From assembly GCF_000013905.1 (NCBI RefSeq), contig NC_007969.1, forward strand, positions 180,001-212,000: a stretch of 32,000 bases of DNA, read 5' to 3'. Origin of the DNA: Psychrobacter cryohalolentis K5. GTDB lineage: Bacteria > Pseudomonadota > Gammaproteobacteria > Pseudomonadales > Moraxellaceae. The position numbers and the translations under genes are program-made. Of the stretch, positions 25,818 through 32,000 are shown in pieces (the first letter of the stretch is position 1; each line of letters starts with the position of its first letter). Below the pieces are notes generated by a model that saw only the letters and a program-made list of their open reading frames with translations, was not told where the DNA came from and did not search any database.

Positions 25818-27428
25818 ATGATGAGCAGCAGTGCAATCCTACCACATCCTATTGAGCCAATAGCTGAACTGCCGATTGACGATAATTTGGCAAAGGCATT
25901 ATTGACCAGTATGGCTGAGTATGGCGAGCAGCTACAGGGTCGGCGAATTTGGCTGGCCTGTAGTGGTGGGCGTGATTCATTGGCACTGGCAGCGCTATGT
26001 GTGCAACTCTATCAGCAAGGTCGACTGCCATTTTTGCCGCAACTATTGCATGTCAACCATGGCTTGCAAGCGGATAGCGCTATTTGGGCTGCGCATGTTG
26101 CTAACTGGGCAAAGGCTCAAAAGATACCATGCACTATTTTGCAGGCACACGTAAATGGACATGATGAGCAAGCCGCACGCCAAGCACGTTATGATGTGAT
26201 GCGTGCGCAACTCAATCAAGATGATGTATTACTATTAGCCCATCATGCTGATGACCAAGCTGAAACTGTGTTGATGCGGTTGATTCAAGGCGCAGGAGTA
26301 AATGGTCTGTCGGGTATGCATCCGTGGCGTGTACAAACGCAGGACGCGCATCGCATCATAGTATGGCGACCTTGGCTCATTGTACAGCGCGCCAGTATTA
26401 GCTCATATGCTAAGCGCCTAAAGCTGCCTTATATCGATGATCCCACCAATGACGGCGGTGATAACGTCCGTAGTGGACTGCGCCGTGACATCATGCCAGT
26501 ATTGGCAAAATACAATCCTAACGTTATTGATAACATAGCGCGTAGCGCGCAGCTACTAAGCGATGCGCAATTAACGGTTAAGGCACAAGCGGCAGAGGAT
26601 TTAAAGCAGACAGAGGTAATATCATTACAGCTACCATCTGCCCAGCGTGTGCTAAATATAGATGAACTACAAAAACTACCACTTTATCGCCAACGACAAC
26701 TATTGCATTATTGGCTTGGTCAAGATGAGCCATTACCTCCTGCTAAGCAGCTTGTCGATGATGTATTGAGCTTAAGCCAGCGTCATGATCATGATCATCA
26801 AACGGAACTGTTTTGGCAAGGACGCAAACAGTCATATACTATTCGCCGTTATCGTCAGCAGCTTTATCGTCTAAGTAGCGACTGGCTCAAATGGTTAGAG
26901 TTGCCGCTTGCCGAACAGACGCAGAGCTTGTTTACTCATACTGAGTCTAATCTTATCGGGGCAGATATTCATACAACTGGAAGACAACCCGTTCCAATTA
27001 ATCTACGCAATGATGATAAATTCACTTGGCAATTACAGATTCTGCCAAATGAAGTAATGCCACTATTAGAAAGCTATAAAGTAGAAAGCGATAAAGATAA
27101 GCTTAGGATTACCTTTGCGCCATTAGATCGCAATCAGCGTGTGCAAACCGCATTGGCGTCGCGTCCACAATCGGGCAAAAAGCTCTATCAAACCTTAGGT
27201 ATTCCATCATGGATGCGTGAGAGTTTGGTAGTCGTTAGCGTGACTTTGATAAATAAAGAAAGTAGTGAAAACGAGCTTTTAGAGAACGATTGCCCGATAG
27301 AACAACCTATTTTATTATTATCACCTCTTGAAAACTGGGTGTTAGCTTCTGATAAGTTGTTAGAAAGCAATCCTCATTATATAGAAAGTGCTATTAGCAG
27401 CTGTTTAACCGTACCTAGCTCGTTTTGA
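25818..27428 (+). CDS. tilS: tRNA(Ile)-lysidine synthetase
   Basis: It has the PP-loop ACSGGRDSLAL and the motifs HVNHGL, LLLAHHADDQAET and DDPTN. It follows accA as in E. coli. The start is set at the ATG at 25818, after a TAAGG SD. Confidence 0.9.
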   Translation: MMSSSAILPHPIEPIAELPIDDNLAKALLTSMAEYGEQLQGRRIWLACSGGRDSLALAALCVQLYQQGRLPFLPQLLHVNHGLQADSAIWAAHVANWAKAQKIPCTILQAHVNGHDEQAARQARYDVMRAQLNQDDVLLLAHHADDQAETVLMRLIQGAGVNGLSGMHPWRVQTQDAHRIIVWRPWLIVQRASISSYAKRLKLPYIDDPTNDGGDNVRSGLRRDIMPVLAKYNPNVIDNIARSAQLLSDAQLTVKAQAAEDLKQTEVISLQLPSAQRVLNIDELQKLPLYRQRQLLHYWLGQDEPLPPAKQLVDDVLSLSQRHDHDHQTELFWQGRKQSYTIRRYRQQLYRLSSDWLKWLELPLAEQTQSLFTHTESNLIGADIHTTGRQPVPINLRNDDKFTWQLQILPNEVMPLLESYKVESDKDKLRITFAPLDRNQRVQTALASRPQSGKKLYQTLGIPSWMRESLVVVSVTLINKESSENELLENDCPIEQPILLLSPLENWVLASDKLLESNPHYIESAISSCLTVPSSF

Positions 27429-27438
27429 TGTTTGTTAC

Positions 27439-27960
27439 TCAAAGCCTTGAGTAGGGTAGATCTTCATTTTTTTTGATCATTTTGATATCTACTATTTGTA
27501 TATCTTTATAGTGCTCTTCACTCTTTTCGCCATCATAGACAAAGCCAAATTTTTTATAAAAATGAATAGCAGACGCGTTATCCTCTAATACCCATAAATA
27601 AAAATTTGCATTGATATTAAAACTCAATATGGCTTGTAATGACCTTTTCATCAATTTACTGCCTATACCTAGCCCATGATATTCTGATAAAACATATAAA
27701 GTCGTGATTTCATAGCTATTATTTTTAGTAAAATATCCAATAAATCCCAGGCTCTTATGATTAGCATCATAGGCTATCCAAATGATGACATCCGGATGAG
27801 TGATCACTTCCTGCCACATTTTTGTTTTTTCACTAAGGTTGTTTTGATTATTGATATAAGACTTAGGTAGTAGACCCAAGTAGGCGTCATGCCAACTTTT
27901 GCAATGGATATGAGCAATATCCGCAAAATCTTTTGAATGAGCTTTACAAATGCAAAACAT
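27439..27960 (-). CDS. GNAT-family N-acetyltransferase, substrate unknown
   Basis: The acetyl-CoA motif A context is LYVLSEYHGLGIGSKLM, and motif B resembles A..FYKK.GF. A GGGGA SD lies 6 nt before the ATG at 27960. The gene is clearly AT-rich by eye. Confidence 0.8.
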   Translation of the reverse strand: MFCICKAHSKDFADIAHIHCKSWHDAYLGLLPKSYINNQNNLSEKTKMWQEVITHPDVIIWIAYDANHKSLGFIGYFTKNNSYEITTLYVLSEYHGLGIGSKLMKRSLQAILSFNINANFYLWVLEDNASAIHFYKKFGFVYDGEKSEEHYKDIQIVDIKMIKKNEDLPYSRL

Positions 27961-28178
27961 ATTTTTCCCCTGTACCACTTTACCTAAACGACTTTTTAAT
28001 CTAACAGGTAAGCTGTGTGATATTCGATGTTAATTTAGTATCTCAATTAAACGGTAGTACTATTAGTTAGCCTTTGAATTTCCCGAACAGCGCCAGTAGC
28101 AGTATGGTAAACTGAGTGTCATTTTACCTATCATTATGTTAGTTTGAATACCTTTGGTTTTTTGAATAGGAGACATGT

Positions 28179-29012
28179 ATGTCAGTATTAGATAATAAGA
28201 AAATCAGCTTTATCGGCGGCGGAAATATGGCGCAGGCTTTGATTAGTGGGCTTGTCAGCTGCGGCATCAAGCCGAGTTTAATTACCGTTGCTGATCCTAG
28301 TAGTGAGGCGCGTGAGCAATTGGCTGCTAAAGGATTGAACACGGTTGATCCAACTGCTGATGCAAAAGCTGCCGTTATCGATGCTGACATTGTGGTGCTG
28401 GCGGTCAAACCGCAAGTGATGAAAGCGGTGGTCAGTAGCTTTGCGGATGTCTTAGACAAACAGCTGGTGATTTCAGTGGCAGCAGGTTTGTCGACTGAGC
28501 TTTTATCTGACATGTTGGGTGGCTGTGAAAATATCGTCCGTGCAATGCCAAATACCCCTGCAATGATTCAAATGGGTGCAACGGGTCTGTACGGTACTGA
28601 TAATATTTCTGCTGAACAGAAGCAATTGGCAACGGCGGTCATGGAAGCATCAGGATTGGTCATGTGGGTCGATAATGAAGAACACATGCATGCGGTAACC
28701 GCCGTATCAGGGTCAGCACCAGCGTATATGTTTTACTTTATTGAAGCTATGGTTGATGGGGCAGTGGCTTTAGGTTTGGATAAAGAGCAGGCCTCCGCGC
28801 TTGCCATGCAAACCATGTTGGGCGCGGCAAAAATGGCAATGGGTAGCGAAGATGCGCCAAGCGAGCTACGTCGTAAAGTGACCTCACCAAACGGCACAAC
28901 CCAAGCCGCCATTGAATCAATGCAAGCCAATGACATTGGTCGTCAAATTGGTGAAGCCATGCAAGCGTGCTATGATCGCAGCCAAGCCTTGAGTGAAGAG
29001 ATGAGCAAATAA
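28179..29012 (+). CDS. proC: pyrroline-5-carboxylate reductase
   Basis: It has the Rossmann motif FIGGGNMAQALI and the motifs AVKPQ, RAMPNTPA and VTSPNGTT. An AGGAG SD is present. Confidence 0.95.
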   Translation: MSVLDNKKISFIGGGNMAQALISGLVSCGIKPSLITVADPSSEAREQLAAKGLNTVDPTADAKAAVIDADIVVLAVKPQVMKAVVSSFADVLDKQLVISVAAGLSTELLSDMLGGCENIVRAMPNTPAMIQMGATGLYGTDNISAEQKQLATAVMEASGLVMWVDNEEHMHAVTAVSGSAPAYMFYFIEAMVDGAVALGLDKEQASALAMQTMLGAAKMAMGSEDAPSELRRKVTSPNGTTQAAIESMQANDIGRQIGEAMQACYDRSQALSEEMSK

Positions 29013-29133
29013 TCATCTTTATAATAGAGGTAGTATTTTATAAAATGCGGCCTCTGACTGGTTATAATAAATGCCTGATAATGACATTCGTCATCCTCAA
29101 ACCTGTTAATAATGTCACATTGAGTAGCGCTTC

Positions 29134-29703
29134 ATGAACAACATGTTATTGCAAATTTTTGATTTGGTCACCACCTTCGCCATGATGTTGGTGTTTATTC
29201 GTTTTATGCTACAGTTTGCAGGGATGGATGCCAGCAATCCTATGATTGCGCCTGCCTATAAAGCGACCCATATCGTCGATGTCTTTGGACGTATTTTTCC
29301 AACCGTTGCACAAGGTCGTATTAGTATCGCTGCCATCGTCCTGATGTTTTTGATTCGTCTGATTGATATCGCAGGAAAAGCAGCATTAACACATAAGGGT
29401 ATTGCGCCAGTCCCATTGTTTTTTACCGGTACTATCAGCTTGGTTTTAGACTTTTTACGCATGTGCCGCTACTTGGTGATAGGTTCTATCATCGTTAGCT
29501 GGATTGTGGTTTTTACACAGTCTCAGCATCCGCTTATCGGTATTATTGTAAATTTAGCAGAACCTATTTTGGCACCGTTTCGTCGTATTACGCCAAACTT
29601 AGGGATGATTGACCTATCACCGATGATTGCCTTTTTCGCCTTTTACCTACTCGAAATTTTTATCGGTGGTTTGGCATCAAGCTTTATGCCGATGTTAGGT
29701 TAA
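29134..29703 (+). CDS. yggT: YggT-family integral membrane protein
   Basis: It contains two YGGT-type repeats (..P..R.......G.IDLSP....). It lies downstream of proC as in many Proteobacteria. Confidence 0.85.
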   Translation: MNNMLLQIFDLVTTFAMMLVFIRFMLQFAGMDASNPMIAPAYKATHIVDVFGRIFPTVAQGRISIAAIVLMFLIRLIDIAGKAALTHKGIAPVPLFFTGTISLVLDFLRMCRYLVIGSIIVSWIVVFTQSQHPLIGIIVNLAEPILAPFRRITPNLGMIDLSPMIAFFAFYLLEIFIGGLASSFMPMLG

Positions 29704-29747
29704 GCCAGTTAAGTTAAAAAGATTTTCGGGATAATAAAATTTCAAAT

Positions 29748-29784
29748 AAAAAAGGCGCTCTATACAAGATAGAGTGCCTTTTTT
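29748..29784. terminator. bidirectional terminator (yggT / thiD)
   Basis: The sequence is AAAAAAGGCGCTCTAT-ACAAG-ATAGAGTGCCTTTTTT, a 10-bp stem with one G-T pair. Confidence 0.85.
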
Positions 29785-29826
29785 ATGTTCGTTATTTAGA
29801 TAAAATTATATGATAAATACTAAGTG

Positions 29827-30660
<834 letters not shown>

Positions 30661-30744
30661 CTATAGCCATCTACTGTCAAAAAAGCCATAAAGACCGATA
30701 AATCGATAATTATGCAAAAAGCATGATTAAAAGGACAGACAATG

Positions 30745-30772
30745 CTTGCAATTCGTTTTGGCTTTGCTATAA
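30745..30772 (+). promoter_or_regulatory. sigma70 promoter of tRNA-Ser
   Basis: It reads TTGCAA - 16 nt - TATAAT, about 95 nt upstream of the tRNA 5' end. Confidence 0.6.
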
Positions 30773-30868
30773 TACTCGCCCACGGCATAAGACGTATTGT
30801 TAGCATCAATACTATGTTTAAAGAGGTGTTTTTATAAAAAATACTTTGATAAGTGTCTTAAATCGTTA

Positions 30869-30958
30869 GGTGAAGTGGGTGAGTGGCTGAAACCAGTTCC
30901 CTGCTAAGGAACCATACGTGTAAGCGTATCGAGGGTTCGAATCCCTCCTTCACCGCCA
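30869..30958 (+). tRNA. tRNA-Ser (anticodon GCU), class II with long variable arm, CCA encoded
   Basis: The acceptor stem is GGTGAAG/CTTCACC. The anticodon arm is GTTCC-CTGCTAA-GGAAC. The variable arm is ATACG-TGTAA-GCGTAT and the T arm is GAGGG-TTCGAAT-CCCTC. Confidence 0.92.
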
Positions 30959-31055
30959 TTTATTCGTTGTTATTAGAGTAATCACGCGAAAACAGCGTTA
31001 ATTATCTTCTGTTTTGTTAAAACAAAAATTAATTTGATTTTAACGAAAAAAGATA

Positions 31056-31083
31056 TTGACACAAGCGAAATTATCTATATAAT
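31056..31083 (+). promoter_or_regulatory. sigma70 promoter of tRNA-Arg
   Basis: It reads TTGACA - 16 nt - TATAAT, about 58 nt upstream of the tRNA. Confidence 0.65.
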
Positions 31084-31141
31084 GACCAACCTAATTTACT
31101 GTAATTGTTATTAACAAAGCAGTAAATGATGTGTAAAGTAC

Positions 31142-31218
31142 GCGCTTGTAGCTCAGTTGGATAGAGCACTTGGCTACGAACTAAGGGGTCGGGAGTTCGA
31201 ATCTCTCCAAGCGCACCA
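31142..31218 (+). tRNA. tRNA-Arg (anticodon ACG), CCA encoded
   Basis: The acceptor stem is GCGCTTG/CAAGCGC and the D arm is TAGCTCAGTTGGATAGAGCA. The anticodon arm is CTTGG-CTACGAA-CTAAG and the T arm is GGGAG-TTCGAAT-CTCTC. Confidence 0.92.
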
Positions 31219-31247
31219 TTTTACATCATCGCTTATTTACTAAATCA

Positions 31248-31281
31248 ATCGCCTGTCTTATGACAATTTGGCGGTTTTTTT
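31248..31281 (+). terminator. probable terminator after tRNA-Arg
   Basis: An imperfect hairpin ATCGCC(TGTC-TTAT-GACA)..GGCGGT is followed by a T7 run. Confidence 0.55.
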
Positions 31282-31392
31282 ACGTCTGCGATTTCTTCAT
31301 ATCCAATCGACTATCCTGAGTATAGTGTACGATAAGTGCCTGAATTACGGTACAATAGCGCTATTATTCATTGCTTGCTATGAGCTGGTACC

Positions 31393-32000
31393 ATGTCAAA
31401 GAGTTTATCCAAACGCCCGTCTAAATCCGCTGCTAAAGCCAAAAAATCTGCACCTCATACCTCTGAGGTTGAAGAGCTAGCGATTGCTAAACCCAGCACC
31501 CGCATGGCAGCGATTCTTTATGATGGTATGCTGATTTTAGCATTATTATTTTTGGTAGGGACGGTGCTGACGGTGATTGGCACCTTGTTGACGATGGAGA
31601 CGGGTAGCGAGTCGTCACAAGCTCAATCACTGCCAACATGGTATCAAAACGTTATTATGACACCCTCTTTTATCCTGACGTTGGTAGGGTTTTATGGGTT
31701 GTTCTGGCGTCGTGGTGGGCAGACATTAGGTATGCAGACTTGGCGGCTTAAAACCGTTAATAACAACGGTCATCTGCTCACGTGGGGGCAATCCTTTAAG
31801 CGTGTTCTAGCAGCTAGTATCATGCCACTTATATTTGGCCTCATTGGTAGTGTCATCGGTGGCTCGCGCGCTATTTTATTGACCAGTGTCTTTCTGGGCT
31901 TTGTTTTTAATTATGCTTTTTGCCTATTCAACTCACGTGGTCTCGCAGTGCAAGATATGCTATCTAATACCATTACCTTAAAAATGCCAAAAACAGAGAA
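31393..32000 (+). CDS. RDD-family membrane protein; 3' end outside the window
   Basis: This ORF is absent from the track because it has no stop in the window. My own translation from the ATG at 31393 is open to base 32000. It contains RMAAILYDGMLILALLF, LFWRRGGQTLGMQTWRLK and GLAVQDMLSNT, which are typical of the RDD domain. Confidence 0.8.
   Translation, partial: MSKSLSKRPSKSAAKAKKSAPHTSEVEELAIAKPSTRMAAILYDGMLILALLFLVGTVLTVIGTLLTMETGSESSQAQSLPTWYQNVIMTPSFILTLVGFYGLFWRRGGQTLGMQTWRLKTVNNNGHLLTWGQSFKRVLAASIMPLIFGLIGSVIGGSRAILLTSVFLGFVFNYAFCLFNSRGLAVQDMLSNTITLKMPKTE

Noticed and set aside
30869-31392. I checked the tRNA-Ser and tRNA-Arg loci as possible integration sites for a genomic island.
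   Set aside because: No integrase lies downstream, no duplicated tRNA 3'-end (att) repeat is visible, and an ordinary RDD-family gene follows within 175 bp. The site appears unoccupied.

Overview
This is a chromosomal, mostly housekeeping 32-kb segment from an AT-leaning gammaproteobacterium. The synteny blocks (pabC-mltG-tmk, dapA-lipoprotein-purC, accA-tilS, proC-yggT), a short-form AccA and many low-complexity hydrophilic protein extensions suggest Moraxellaceae, probably Psychrobacter-like; that assignment is inference, not verified. I support about 31 CDS (two cut by the window edges), 2 tRNA genes with near-consensus promoters, and several bidirectional rho-independent terminators. I found no rRNA, CRISPR array, transposase, integrase or prophage genes, and no convincing multi-gene novel system. 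The best accessory signals are listed here. (1) A solitary DpnI-family methyl-directed (type IIM) restriction endonuclease gene sits in reverse orientation in the normally tight pabC-mltG junction. A frameshift separates its catalytic domain from an otherwise intact winged-helix domain. (2) An AT-rich patch at 11.2-15.3 kb holds a hyper-hydrophilic disordered protein with a perfect (DNK)5 9-bp repeat, two paralogous PepSY-like lipoproteins, about 0.7 kb with no convincing gene that ends in twin related hairpins, and csbD. (3) A low-GC GNAT acetyltransferase gene is wedged tail-to-tail between tilS and proC. (4) A roughly 100-aa lipoprotein occupies the bamC position and looks like only the N-terminal segment of BamC. 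All calls come from reading the sequence and recalling family motifs; no database search was run.
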